A stretch of 63,788 bases of DNA, counting the filler, from Reclinomonas americana ATCC 50394 (taxonomy: Eukaryota), in the NCBI GenBank assembly GCA_048213135.1. It is 5 parts of 4 records of this genome, joined end to end, with 100 filler letters (N's around TTAATTAATTAA, not from the genome) between each part and the next. Parts side by side here need not be neighbours in the genome. Positions count along the whole stretch, not along the records: positions 38,458 to 59,895 come from PS015221.1; positions 59,996 to 63,788 come from PS015223.1; 3 more parts are not named here. One strand, given 5' to 3'. A model generated the notes under the pieces. It had not been told where the DNA came from. It ran no database searches and worked only from the letters and a program-made list of their open reading frames with translations. The translations under genes were made by a program, and so were the position numbers. Shown in pieces: positions 48,776 to 62,033 of the stretch; within the stretch, counting starts at the first letter, position 1; every line of letters begins with the position of its first letter.

Positions 48776-51700
48776 TCAACTGACAGCGAGGAGCGAGTGC
48801 GTGAGGTGCTTGACCAGCCGCAGGTGGTGCGGCACTTGTGAGTCGTTGCCGAGGAACTGGGCACTAAAGATGCGAGTGTTGCCCAAAATCACCCTGTCAT
48901 GGTGGTGAGTGCGCTGGCAAGAAGCAAAAACAAACATGAGCTGCAGACACTCAACTTATTGTATACGGTGGTCTCGCGAGCGCCGGGGGCCGGCGAAAAG
49001 GTGCCGCCGAATTCGTAGCAGTCGAAGCGACCCAGGTGACGGCCGAACGTGGGTTTCGTGTCCTTCAGGAACGACCAGGTCTCCATCATGGAGTTGGCCG
49101 ACAACTCAAAGTGCTCTTGTGGTGTCATGCCCTCTGGTCTCTCCTCCGAGACCACCTGGAACAGCGACTGTCCAGCCGTGCCACTCACAATGAGGAACGA
49201 CATGAGTGCCAGTGGTATCCGCTGCACCGGCGGGCGCCGTCAGTGAGCGACACACAGCAGCTTGCGGTGAGAAGACGAGGAGGAGAAAACACACACACAC
49301 CTGCGACAATGGTGTCCACCAGCCGGGAATGGAGACAGAGCAGCGCGCCGGTGGTGCAATCTCGTACTCCCACAAGCAGCGTGGCTTGTCGCACACGGCA
49401 GCGTACTCCCACACTGGTCTCATGCGCGACAGGTCGCCGGTTGCCGGGTCGATGAAGCGCACCGACGAGGCGATTTCGTGAATCTCTCCCGCGTCAAAGC
49501 TGCAAAGAGAGGAGGAGTGAGGCAATGAAGTGGCAGGAGAGCAGCCAGCGACACACGACGCAACTCGAGATCATCGGGCGACGCAAAAATGAGCCATATG
49601 ATGCTGCAGACGACAGAACGATGAGATAGAGTGCACTCGTGGGCGTTCTTGACTCCCTTCCTCCACAAACCGTACGCCGCTGGTGAAGAACCAAAACTGG
49701 TAGCGCACGCCATCCTGCAAACACAAACCCTGGTTAGCATCCTCTTCCTCCACTCTCCCCCCTCACCACACCAACCTCGTGTACTTCAGCCACCGGGATG
49801 TGCTGGTCGTTGCAATCGACCAGCAGCATCCGCACCTCGCTGTCGTCCTCCACAAATCCAGCCACCCGTTGCTGTGCGCAGCGATGAGCAACTACCCCGA
49901 CTGTTCTTGCCTCGCCCCACCCAACCCAGCCCAACCCACCTCCACCGAGGCAATGTCTGACGAGATGGGCGCCTCGTCCTCGTCGCATAACAATTTGATT
50001 TCTGTACCATCCCGCTCCCACGCCAACCATGATTCGCCATCCGAACTCAGCTTCCAGTCCTCCGACATGGACACGCGGAGACCGTGCGAGTACGACACCA
50101 CCGATATTGTGTCTTCGAAGATGTCGTCCAGGGGTTCCGCGATTTCCGGCTCCGGGATGACTTCTACTTGCGGCTGTGGTGGCTGCGGGGGCGACGGTGG
50201 TGCCTCCACTGCTTGTGCTTGCACTACTGTTGGTGGCGGTGGTGGCGGGCGTTGGAACGCCATCGAGGGTATACGCTGCAACGTCGGCTGTGGCGACACG
50301 GGCGACGATTGCTCCGGGTCCGCCGCCGGCTGCGGTGACGGGTTGGACGACGGCATTTGCAGCGGCGTGACGGCAGTTGGCAGACTCGACTCTTCCTCTG
50401 TGGGAGCATGGTCAGCGTTTCCTTGACGGGAGAGAGAGGTGGCAAAGGCAGCAAAAAGGGCACGTACCGGTGGTGGTGGCCGAGCTGGCTTCTGAATCGT
50501 CGCCAATCAATGTGCACCGTCGGAGCATCATGTCGACAGCCTCCTTGCACTTGTCAAATGCTGAGTCGGCGGCCGTCAATGCACAGCTGTAAAACGTGGT
50601 GCCCACTTGAATGCACACCACCCTGTGCGTGGAGGAGGGTATGATAGGTGAGCACGGGTGACTAAAGTGGGAAGCAGCTCACACAGAACAAACCAGAATC
50701 GTGTTTTTTGTTGAGCCGACTGCCGCACGCACACACAGAGAGACAGAGTGAGCGAACGGAACACACGTGAACATCACATGTTAGAAGCGCGCAACATGAG
50801 AGGCGAAAAACTGCAGGCCATCGTGCCCGAGGAAGGCTTCGTCGGGTGTGGAGAAGGGCATCACCACGTTGCCGAGCATGACCACCGGCACGCGCGTAAT
50901 CTCTGTACAAAAAGTGTGAGTCATGCTGAATATCCTCCCTTGCCAGCTCAAAGAGTACGCACCCTCCAGTGCGCCATTGAGCGAGTCAAAGAAGCCCCAC
51001 AGATAGTCGTCCACCGTACAGGCGCCATTAACGTCGGTTTGCACGTGTTCTCGCATCAGCGCAATCGTACCGAGCCTGCACAGTCGACGGTGAGCATGTC
51101 CGGACACGACACCAAAAATCCAAAAACCCCAGCAACACGAAACTCCAATCCCACACCCGACTTGATGATCAACCGCGTGATCTGCGTCTCATTCACCGGT
51201 TCCAGCTCGGCCCAGCCCTCCGGGAATACCAGCTGCAGCGCATCACGTTCAGCAAGAAACCGAACAGCGAGCGAAAAAATGACATGTCTTCACCGTCAGA
51301 GTGGCCTCCGGATCCGCAAACACCCGCTGCACAGGACTACGATGCGCCAACGTGAGCGGATCCTGAGGCGACACAATCGGCGCCGCACTGTGCTCATGCG
51401 AGTGTTGCTGCTGTTGCTGCTGATGCATCTGCTGCTGCAGCGCCGGTGAATAGTCGAACCGTCCGGATCGTGGCGACATGATCTGCACCCCGTCTGTGCG
51501 TGAGAGAGGGAGAGGGAGGGACGCACGGAGGAAACACGCAAGGAACCTGTCGCGACGGATGATCCAGCGGCAACTCATTGTGCTGAATGACCTGTGCGCA
51601 TGTACGTGAATCGGAGGCCCTCTCACCGATTGACACACACACACACATAGGAGATGCGCATGCACACCTCCATCATCTGACACAGCGCCGCAATCCACTT

Positions 51701-52144
51701 CTTCTCGTCGTCCACACTATCCGCTTGCAACCTTTTCGCACAAGAGCAACACATGAGCTCTTTCTCTCTCCTTCTTTGTCTCTCTCTCTCTCTGTCTGTC
51801 TCTCACCGATGAGTGACTTGGCCTTTGGTGTCGTGCAGCATAAACACTGCACTTCCCGTGTCAATGAGCTCCATTCCGCGCAACAGCAGCGAATCCGTGT
51901 AATCAGTCGCCTAGGTAAGAGAGCTGATGAGGAAAATCTCCGATCGCACACGCACACACACAGTTGAGAGAAAGAGAGAGAGGAGGGAGGAGGAAGGAGA
52001 GACAGGAAGACGTGTGTACGTGTGTGTGTAAGAGAGAGAGAGACGCACGTAATTGTCGGGGTAAAAGTACAGTTTCCAACCACGCAGGCGCGCATAATGC
52101 GACGAGTTGGCGCCGTGCACGCGTCGCTGCAGAGCACCTTCCAT
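48776..52144 (-). CDS. PH-domain protein with C-terminal repeated, possibly Mog1/PsbP-like domains
   Basis: N-terminal PH: MEGALQRR..HYARLRGWKLYFY..LQADSVDDEKKWIAAL. Later segments start LVFPEGW, VSMSEDW and VSIPGWW; stop at 48776. Confidence 0.65.
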
Positions 52145-52366
52145 CTCTCACACTCACACACACACACACACACACGCGCGCAAGAGACAGTCGTGCGTCA
52201 GTATTACGTCACCGATCACTCTGTCCACTGCAATTTTTGCGCATCCATCGCGTGCGTGTTGTGTGAGGCAGCGAGAGCAAAGAGACACTCGCACACACAC
52301 AAGTCGACAAGGAGCGCAGCGAGTGTGAGAGAGACGCAGAAAAAAAAGAGTGCGTCTCACAGAGTC

Positions 52367-52576
52367 ATGACTGCAAATGTTGTTGTCCAGTGTGTGTTCT
52401 GCTCACTCACTCTGTGTGTGTGTCTTTCTCTCTCTCTGTGTGTGTGTGTGAGTGCAGTGGCGGCGAATGTCGACTATCGCGAGGTGGAGGGCGTCATGGA
52501 TCGCCTGGCATGGAACAATCCGCGCATCATGGAGTTGTTGCAGCAAGTCGCCGACACTATTCCGCGATCAGGTAAG

Positions 52577-52663
<87 letters not shown>

Positions 52664-54220
52664 CACACTACTACTNNNNNNNNNNNNNNNNNNNNNNNNN
52701 NNNNNNNNNNNNNNNNNNNNNNNNNNNNNNNNNNNNNNNNNNNNNNNNNNNNNNNNNNNNNNNNNNNNNNNNNNNNNNNNNNNNNNNNNNNNNNNNNNNN
52801 NNNNNNNNNNNNNNNNNNNNNNNNNNNNNNNNNNNNNNNNNNNNNNNNNNNNNNNNNNNNNNNNNNNNNNNNNNNNNNNNNNNNNNNNNNNNNNNNNNNN
52901 NNNNNNNNNNNNNNNNNNNNNNNNNNNNNNNNNNNNNNNNNNNNNNNNNNNNNNNNNNNNNNNNNNNNNNNNNNNNNNNNNNNNNNNNNNNNNNNNNNNN
53001 NNNNNNNNNNNNNNNNNNNNNNNNNNNNNNNNNNNNNNNNNNNNNNNNNNNNNNNNNNNNNNNNNNNNNNNNNNNNNNNNNNNNNNNNNNNNNNNNNNNN
53101 NNNNNNNNNNNNNNNNNNNNNNNNNNNNNNNNNNNNNNNNCCCTACTTCCGCACAGGTGCCCCTGACGCACAACAGATTGGCGCTCGGCTCATTGACCGA
53201 CTCATGGACGCGATTCAATTGGAGAACGACGATGAGGCCAGATGTGACAGCGTGCGATTGCTGTTTACTTGCCTGGACGGTCTGTGCTTCTTTCTTCTTC
53301 TTCTTCTTTTCTCTGCAATCCCAGTTGACCATGTGGTGACTGACTCGGCGTGTTCTTGTTGCAGCGCATGTTGATTTCAAGCAAGTGATTAGTGAGCACC
53401 CCGATCACCTCGTGTTCCTCATCACACTCCTGGATTATACCACGGAGCGCCTGCTGGAGAACACTTGCTTGGCCATCGAGGCGTGTGTCTTTGGCCCCGG
53501 AGGTCAGTTTGCTACTCACTTCTGCTTGCCTCAGGCACGCGCTGACACTTTGCTCCCTGGCACAGTATCGTCGGGACCAGTTACAGTGAATCGAAACACG
53601 CTTGGCGATGCTGGCTGCGTTGAGAAGCTGCTGGGACTACTCGTGCCGTCACCCTATCACACGCCAACTGTGCGTGAACGTGCGAGTGCCACTCTGTGCC
53701 ACTTGGTGGCACGACATCGCGCCAACCAGGATCGCCTGCGCGACGCTGGCGGATTCGAGTTGCTCGTGCAAGGTCTTCGCTGCTCACACGCGCAAGTGAT
53801 CCGCAACTGTGCCGCCGCTCTCTCCACTGCCGTGTATGGTGCGTAGTCATCACTCTGTTGTCAGGAACGGAAGTGACATGATCTCATCGCCACCCTCACT
53901 TGCGCAGACAATGCGGAGAACAAGGAGGCTCTGATCTCCTCTGGAGCTGCACGGTTACTTCGTCAGCTGCTGAATCACGTTGCGTGCGATGATACGAGAG
54001 GCTTGTTGTTGCCATGCCGCTGATGAGATCTGCTCGCACCACACGACAGTCTGTGGAAGTGGTGGCCAGCAACTCTCGCATTGCACTGAATAATGCCGGT
54101 CTGCCACTCGTTGAGCCTGGCGACGGAGCCGGTGGTCCGCGAGCAGAAGGAGACAATGATTTCGATGGTGGCATTGGTGGTGGTGGCAATGTCGATGAGG
54201 ATGCACATGATTTGGACTGA
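52367..54220 (+). CDS. Armadillo-repeat protein
   Basis: NRNTLGDAGCVEKLLGLL; ERASATLCHL..NQDRLRDAGGFELLVQGL; RNCAAALS. Confidence 0.8.
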
Positions 54221-54413
54221 CGCTGTTTTGCTTGTCTTCAACTGCCCTCACAAGTATATATTCACACACAAACACGAATACTACTACTCCTTACGCGTCT
54301 CGCTTTACATTTCATTGTGTGCAGTGCTGCTTTCTGTGTGATTCACGCGCGCCCGCCTTCCATCCTGACCATTGTTCCTCGGTGACCATTTCTCTTTCCC
54401 CCAAGCGCGCGCG

Positions 54414-55993
54414 TCATGGCGATGCTGGTGCAAAATGCATGCGATTGGTGGTGACGGTGACGAGGGGAAAGTCGCGGCCGAGGACATTGCCCGACGGTGA
54501 CGGCCTGATGGGCAGGGTGCGCTGAACATCCGTGGGCTTGGTGAAGGCCCGAGACGTCTCCGTGACGCACTCTTGCTTCCACATGGCCACCGCACTTGGG
54601 GCAACTTGCAGGCCACTGGCCCCACCACGACTCTTGGTCGGGCTGCAGGCACGAAGGGAATAAAAAGTAAGGTTTCCAAGCTTGCAAGCGTATTGGTTTT
54701 GCCACCATCCCGACGCACCTTATCCGTGAAGCAAACCCGCCGTGTGCAGCAGCAGCTGCTGCACCAGTGGCAGATCCAGTCGGCGAAGCAGCGGTGGCGG
54801 CGGGTGGCACGTAGTGCGCACCGGTCGTGGTGGAGAAGAGGGAGGCGGTTTGATCGCTGGCACCCAGGTTGAAATGAGTGGTTCGGTGGTACGTGCCTGT
54901 GCTGCCCCGAGTTGTCGGCGACAGCGGAGTGTTTCTCTCCGTGAAGGACGGACTGCAGATGGCGGTGCCGTCAGAAAGCATGTGTCATGGACAGAGGGAG
55001 TCGAGGGTGAAGGAAAGAGACATGCCTGGACGGGTCACGGCGAGCATACGTCGGGGTCGTCGGCGACGGAGGTGTCTCGCGTGATTGCGGATTAATGTAG
55101 CTCTGGGCGGTGGTGGTCGTAAACGTGTTCGACTCGTGGACTGTGCATGCATATGCAGGAGTGAGCCAAGGTGATGAAACGTGGGCGGGATAGGTGTGGC
55201 TGTCTGTCACCTTTGTCGCCAAACGTGATGCGCGAGCGGCCGCGTGTTTCTTTGGATGGACTCGGCGGCAGGGTGGGATCCGCTTCTGCACGTTTTCGGT
55301 GAGTGCTGCTGTCGTGGCGAGCACATACAAGAGTCACACAGCGGGGCACGAAACTGGGTGTACGAGTGTGCGGTGGCGAGAATGTGGCCTGCGTCTCTGT
55401 TTGGAAACCTGTGCCGCCAGCAGTGAGCTGGCCGCGGAAGCAATGGGACGAAGACGAGTGAGAGACAGACGAACCCTCGTACCACTTGTCGCGAGTTGGA
55501 GTCCCCGCGAGGGAGCTGGGCGATCGCATGGAGCCCTGCAGCGTTGTCAGTCACCGTGGAATCGATGGATTCGTGCGCAAGTGGAGAAGGAGAACTCACC
55601 GGGCTGGATGGCGACTTGATCGAGGACTTGGGCGAGGACTTGGGCGACGGAGCTGCGGGGGCACAAGTGGTGTGAGAAGAACTCCAAGTTGTCACGCCCA
55701 CTCGTGGAGCGGTTTCATCGCGCTCACCAATCGCCGCCGGTCCCATCTGCGCCTGAGGATGAATGTACGCGCTCTTGGTCATGGAGACGACGCCTAAAGG
55801 CAGCAGGGGGTGCACGTGAGCGACCAGGGGCGGGTAGACAAGCGTGCATCTGACTCCACGCACACACACACACCTTCCAGACCGTGTTCCGGAGCGTAGC
55901 GCTTGTACTTGAGCGGGCTTGACTGTGGTGGGCGAAAATGATGAGACACTTTGTGGGAGCTCGCGACGCCGCTGGTGACACACTCACCGCCAT
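54414..55993 (-). CDS. Ciliary microtubule-inner-protein-like (SAXO/TEX45-type short repeats)
   Basis: Repeated [ST][TE]xxxx[YF]xxP motifs: SMTKSAYIHP, TETQATFSPP, TTTAQSYINP, TTTGAHYVPP, TETSRAFTKP; also THFNLG and SRITFGD. Confidence 0.55.
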
Positions 55994-56127
55994 TTGCGAG
56001 GTTGCGGTGAGGAGCAGGGAAAGAGGAGACGCTGGGGTATTCGCGCGCGCGCGCTAAAATATGGAGAATTGAGAGGCAGTTTCGAGGGAGCTGCGCAGGA
56101 GGAAACGCATCGCTCGCTGTAGACAGA

Positions 56128-57364
56128 ATGCCGATGGACCGAATCGACCGTGAAACCTTTCCTGAATCGACAACTCTCATCGATGCTCGTGCGATTAGTG
56201 TGCCTCACTGCGGTGAGTGCAGCATGGGTGGCCGTGCTCGGCCTCACCACTGGCGCCCTGGTGGCCGAGGTTGCAATTTCACCCACACATGCCATGGTTT
56301 GAGCAGCACAACACGTGTGCATTGCATGTTTGCGTGGGCGCGCACAGTACTCACCGCGCAGTGCGCCGCAACACACAGTGGATTGGCATCATTATGCTGT
56401 CGGGCGGGCTGGTGGGCTTGTGGCGTGCCTCGCGCACCACATGGTCACGTCGCGAAGCGATCGTCGCTGCTCGTGGTCGCTCACAGGCCTCCTACGAAGC
56501 TATGCCGATGGGCGAAGCAGGACTCGATGAGGGCACAGAGTTGGCCTCGGCATCGGCGTCGCAGCTGCCGACCGAGGCACTGGTCGAGTATCTGTTGCAT
56601 GCACTGGTCATTGTCGGTGGTTTGTTTTGTCTGTGGTGCGACGATCAGTGGTTCTACGCGCTGGACGATCAAAAGGGGGAGTTGTCGAATGCACTGCTAC
56701 CCGGCAGCACCGCCATCACCAAGGCGCACCAGCCGACGCGACGAGCGCGCTTCGTGTTGCTCTTTTGTGTCAGCATCTCGTTGTTCTTGTCGTCGGTGGC
56801 GCGCGATGTGCTGCCTGGCATTGGTCGATGGTGCGCGCGTGAGCAAGTGTGGCGCGATCTGGATTGCGAGGTGGCGTCCTCACCTCTCTCTCTCTGTGTG
56901 TGTGTGCAGGCTGGGATTCCCACCGCGTGGAGAGCACTGGTGGCGTGGTCCGCTGGTGGTGTGGACCACGTCGCTTGCCATTGGCATTGTGTACGTGCTG
57001 TGGTTTGCCGTGTGGTACCCGTTGAACGTCGATCTGCGCCTGGAGGCCTTCCCGCAGAGCATCTTCATGCCCGTTCTTCTCGGCCGATGGTGAGCCCTGT
57101 GACCGAGGGAGTCTCTCGACTCTTTCTCACACCCTCCCCTCCACGCGACGCAGCCTGCCGTACTGCGCCTTTGTCGGCCTGCTTATCACCGGCCCGCTGG
57201 CACACGTACTGACCGACGACCTGGCGACGCAGCAATACCTGCAGCATCGCGCCTCTGTGCTCCTGCACAATGCGGGCGCCGACGATGACGGACCTGGCGG
57301 TGGTGGAGTGGCAGGCGCAGGCAATCCACGAACTGCCCGCGACATTATGCTTCGAGAAATGTAG
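56128..57364 (+). CDS. Multi-pass membrane protein of unknown function
   Basis: Several hydrophobic exons (WIGIIMLSGGLVGLW; YLLHALVIVGGLFCLW; LAIGIVYVLWFAVW; LPYCAFVGLLITG); TAG at 57362-57364. Confidence 0.65.
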
Positions 57365-57435
57365 ATCGTCGCTTGATGTCCTTCGCAGCGTCCTCGTCGC
57401 AGCGTTGTTGTGTTTTCGAGCCTCGTCGCAGCGCT

Positions 57436-59895
57436 ATGGCTGTGCTGCTGCAGGCCGTGCAAGAGGTGCTGGTCAACCCGGCAGTGTCGCTGTCGGCACG
57501 CGATGCTGCACTGAGCGAGATGCGCAGTCTGGTGGCCTCACTCACGCAGGTGAGTGTGTGAGTGCGCGCGCGCGATGAACAAATTTGCGCTCACTGAAAG
57601 AGTGACATGCACCGCAGGCCGATGTGCGCAGCATGCAGCCAGCGTGTGTGCAGACTCTGCTGCTGTTGACCGACTCCAAAGGTGTGTGCGTGTGTGCACG
57701 TGGATGTGTGTGTGTGTGTGTGTCTCACTGATCGCCTCATCGTCATCATCACACAGAGGCTGCATGGCCGCTGCGACATCGCATTGGCCTCTCGCTGAGT
57801 GCACTCTTCCGCGCCAGCGGCGATGTGAACAAGGTGGCCGAGGTGTCGCGGGAGTTGCTGACTCGTGCGTCGGCGAGCAAGAGCACAGTCAGCTCACGCA
57901 TGTTGCGTTTGTTTGCCGGGGATGTCTGTCTGTGAGTGAGTGTGTGTGTATGGCAGTTGGAGTGAACCTCTCGGCTGCAGCTGTGCGTTGACGTGCTTGT
58001 CGTCGCTATGGGGAGACTTTGGTCGCGTGCTGAGTCGCGAGGTCGGCGACCACTTTCGCGAGCTGTCCAAGCTCGTCAAGTCGGAAGAGGTTCTTTTGGG
58101 TCGTGCCGTTTCGCTCCTCCCCGCAGAGTTATCTCATCGACAGGAGTGCAATGCAGGGCAATCTGAGATACTCGGCTCTGGTGTGCTTGGCGGCGTTGCT
58201 GGCCGGCAGCACACGAGTCATCGATGAGTTGTTCCCGGACCTGTGCAAGGCGATCCAGCGTGGCTTGTCGGTGCGTGGGAGGGGAGCAAGTGTGCACCTC
58301 TCTCTCTCATGCCTTACGCGGGTGCTCTTTGCAGGACTCGATGGTGCAGGTGCGCGAGGCAGCCGTCGAGTGCCTGGTTGGATTGGCGCGCACTTCGCGA
58401 TTGGCGGTGTCGACTGCGGTGGAGACGCTGATCACCATGGCGCTAAAGGTGGGGGCGAAGGAGCGAGTCTTGTTTCTGCACTTGCGTGTGTGTGTGACTG
58501 ACTTGTTGTGGGGGGGTTAGACGCTGGAGGACGCAAACTTGCATGTTCGCGAACGCATGTGCGAGACCCTCGGTGTGCTGCTGGCCCGAGCGGTGCAGTT
58601 CAATGCTACCGACAAGCCCGAGACTCCAGTCAAGGCGGGCGCGGCGGTCAAGACCTCCTTCTTCTCCTCCAAGAAGCGCACCTCGTTCTCCATCGTGGAT
58701 GTGCTGGAGGTGCTCGGCACCCAATTCAAGCGCTGTTGCGTCTCACTTGACGTACGTGCAGTTTGCATGCGGCGTCTTCTCATGCACAACGTTTCGGTTC
58801 ACAGCCTCGTCGTGCGTGGCACGAACGAGTATCTCGCGGTCTCTCGTTCACATGTGCCGTTTCATTCCGTCACTCGATGCCTTGTTTGTGCAACCCGACT
58901 TTACCGTGCGTGTGCTGGAGAGTGTTCTCGACTACTTGTCTTGCATCAAGGCCTCCACATCGCCACTGGATCTGCGCAACATTCGTAACTGTGTTAGTGT
59001 CATGCTGCTCGATGGATTCCGGTGCCGATCGGGTTAGAGCATGCTGGCGACGAAAACTGAAGCGCCTTGTTCGTTGTTCTCATCCGCGACCGCTGTCACA
59101 GACGCTTTGGATGCACCGTTTATCGAGTGTGTGCTGACGCTACTCGCTGGCTGTCCCGCCCGCACAGACGAGTGGCGGACAGCATGCCTGCTGGACCTTT
59201 TGCGGTGAGACTGTGCGCTTCTTCTTTCTCTGCCGCGCAAGCACCCCACCTGACGTGCATCTGCCGTACCAGACAACGCATCCTGAGTGGCAGCTCTGGA
59301 GTTCTCTCACTGCTCGACAAATGCGTCGACTGCCTCATGCAGCAGACGCACGCTCCCACGCTGACTGCGGCGGTATGTGAGCTGCTGCTCCATGGACGAA
59401 CAGTCCCGATCTCACTCCGTCTGCCCGCGCGCAGTGCTTCCATGCGATTTGCACCGTGTCCACTTCCTTTGGCAACACGCTACTGGCAAACTTGCTGAGC
59501 AACGTGCAAGTCACGATGCAGTCGTTACAGGCGCTGAATAAGAAGTCGGCACGTGCGGTGAGTGCGATGAATGCCACCACGGTCATGCAACGCACTTGTG
59601 GGTGACACGTGGTGTGAGCACAGGCCCCGCCACTGTGCCGACAGCTGGAGAACGTGTCCTTGTACGCCTCGGCCTGCATGAGCGCACTCGCGTCGTCGTT
59701 CACCACCTGCGTATTCAGCAGTGTGTGGTCCTCCATCGACACAGCGTTCAAGATCTTCTCGTCGCCCAGCAACGAGGTCCAGAGTGGTTTGTTCCCGCAT
59801 TTTTCACCGCTGTCTCGCTCTCTTTCCTCGCCCCTCAATCAGCGATTGCACGCGACAGCACAAGAGTCTCTGGACAGCGCTTGCTGGCGTCTGCT
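57436..59895 (+). CDS. HEATR5: HEATR5 / Laa1 / SWEETIE-like HEAT-repeat protein, N-terminal part (truncated at linker)
   Basis: PLRHRIGLSLSALFRASGD; CALTCLSSLWGDFGRVL; DLCKAIQRGLS|DSMVQVREAAVECL; LK|TLEDANLHVRERMCETLGVLLA follow the HEATR5 N-terminal motif order. Confidence 0.8.
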
Positions 59896-60540
59896 NNNNN
59901 NNNNNNNNNNNNNNNNNNNNNNNNNNNNNNNNNNNNNNNTTAATTAATTAANNNNNNNNNNNNNNNNNNNNNNNNNNNNNNNNNNNNNNNNNNNNAACGA
60001 CACGGCGAGCTTGCGCTCGTCTTCTGGTGATGCTTTTGTCGCCGCCACATCATCGCGCCTCAAAGCTGCAGGTCGACCGGGCGCAGCAGGATCGAGCTGC
60101 AGCAGTAGACAGTGCACGCGGCGCTGCATGCCGTCGGCGCCGCCGCGTGTTTCTTTGGTAAGGTCCTCTAAAATTTGGCGCTGCAGCTGGATCGATCGCG
60201 ATTTTTTTGTGTTTGATGAATTTCAATGCAAGCCACACGCATCGCCACGCAGAAAGACACGGCGCAGACAGGCCACACGGGAGCAGACAAACAAGAGGAT
60301 GCACAGGAAGAGAATAAACGACGAGCGAGAGAAGATAACAGGAGGCAGCACACACAACAGACAAGACATTGTTTCCGCTGCCGCTGCTGCTGTTGCTGTT
60401 GCTGCCACCCCCATCCAGTGTCTCCACCTCTCCACGCCCCTCTTTGTAGTCCCGTGATCACCTGCTCGCCCACACCCATCCGACTCGCCCACGCCACGCC
60501 TCTCAACGCACCAACAGGTTGTCGTGAACATGTCCACAGA

Positions 60541-60912
60541 TTAGAAGCCCATCGCTCGCAGCTCAGCAGCCTGCTGCGGGTTCTTCTCGGCCACGGCCTC
60601 CTTTGCAGTGCTCTGTGGTAATAGAACATATAGATGAGCACAGTGTGTCGGAGACGCCTGCAGCTGCAAATCATCGCGAACCATGAGCTTCAGCATGGCC
60701 TTCGTCTTCTGGTGGTATGCGACAGACTTGGCCTTGCGCTTCTCCTCCAGGCGGGCAACGACGTCCTGGTACTTCCAGCCCACCTCGGCTGAGAGGCGAG
60801 CCAGTGTGCAGTAGCGGCGGCCAGGGGCCAGGCGAGTCACGCGGAGTGCCGACGGGATCACCATGCGCTTCGACTTCTGGTACTGTGGCGGAATGCCCTC
60901 CACCACCTAAAA

Positions 60913-60950
<38 letters not shown>

Positions 60951-61936
60951 CCCAGTGAGCACACGTGTTCCGCTCGCTGCACCTGTGCACGACAAACCGT
61001 GAGGCGCTCCAGAGCGGCCGCACCACGAGCAGTCTTGTGAGGAATCATGCCGCGGATCACACGGTACAGGATCTTCGAGGGTGCGCGGAAGTGGAAGGCA
61101 CCACGGCGCGGGTTAGTGCGGGTCTTCTTGCGCAGGAAGGCCAAGTACTGAACGACGCGAGAAGAGCGAGCGTGTCAGCATTGATGCTCTCATCATCATA
61201 AAATCATCATCCAAAGAGAAAAGGCAGGAAACCTTCAGCTTGTTGCGGAAGAAGGAGCCCGAGATGTTGATGCCCTCGGTGCGGACGACGGCAATCGGCT
61301 GGCCGTTCAACAGCTGCTTGGCGACAATGGACGCCAGGCGGCCGAGCAAGTGGCCACGTGCGTCGACAACAATGTACTGAATGAATGCACAGTTGCAAGA
61401 GTGAGCACAACGAGTGTTTCTTCTTCTTCTTCTCCTGAGCACTATCATCGCTACGCTCGCTCATCACAAACAGCCCAGAGGATAGATTGTGAATGAGCGT
61501 GAGTGTGTGTAACAAAGAAGCCATGACACACCACCCCCACCAACATACGTGCAAGTACAACGAATCACCACAGCACACCGACGCAGACAGGTGGAGAGGA
61601 GAAGGCGAGAGGGAGGCAGAGGCGAAAGGAAAGGGGGCAGACGGCGTACGCGCGCATGTCATGCACATCCACATGCGCCATGACCAACGACGGCGCCGCC
61701 ACCTCCCATCGTCGCCCTCACCCCCGCACACGCTTCCATACACCACCACATGACCTCTGCTGCTCAACAACGAAAGATTGCGCACATTGTGGCCAAGGAA
61801 ACACGCGCAAACAATGCACACAAAAGACTCTCACTACTTTCTCATGCCCCAACACACGCATGCACACACAGACACGCCGGACTGTGCGTGCGGGCCCCAC
61901 AGACAACCGGCCGCAGCGACTGACCTTGCGGACCAT
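60541..61936 (-). CDS. RPL13A: 60S ribosomal protein L13a (uL13), 5 exons
   Basis: [86 protein letters not shown]; first intron 61377-61924. Confidence 0.98.
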
Positions 61937-62033
61937 GGCGCGTGGGTTTAGTGTGGCTTTGATGTAGGTTTGTCCGTCGATTGCGATTTCATTTTCACAC
62001 GCACACACAAAACACTCAAACTCTTGTGAGAGA

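Noticed and set aside
59996-60500. Possible minus-strand gene start (..RQILEDLTKETRGG..)
   Set aside because: No confident start codon or recognisable domain, and truncated by the linker.
61150-61233. C/D snoRNA in RPL13A intron 2 (TGATGA..CTGA)
   Set aside because: Under 40 nt between boxes, and CTGA is part of the GCTGAC branch-point-like motif.
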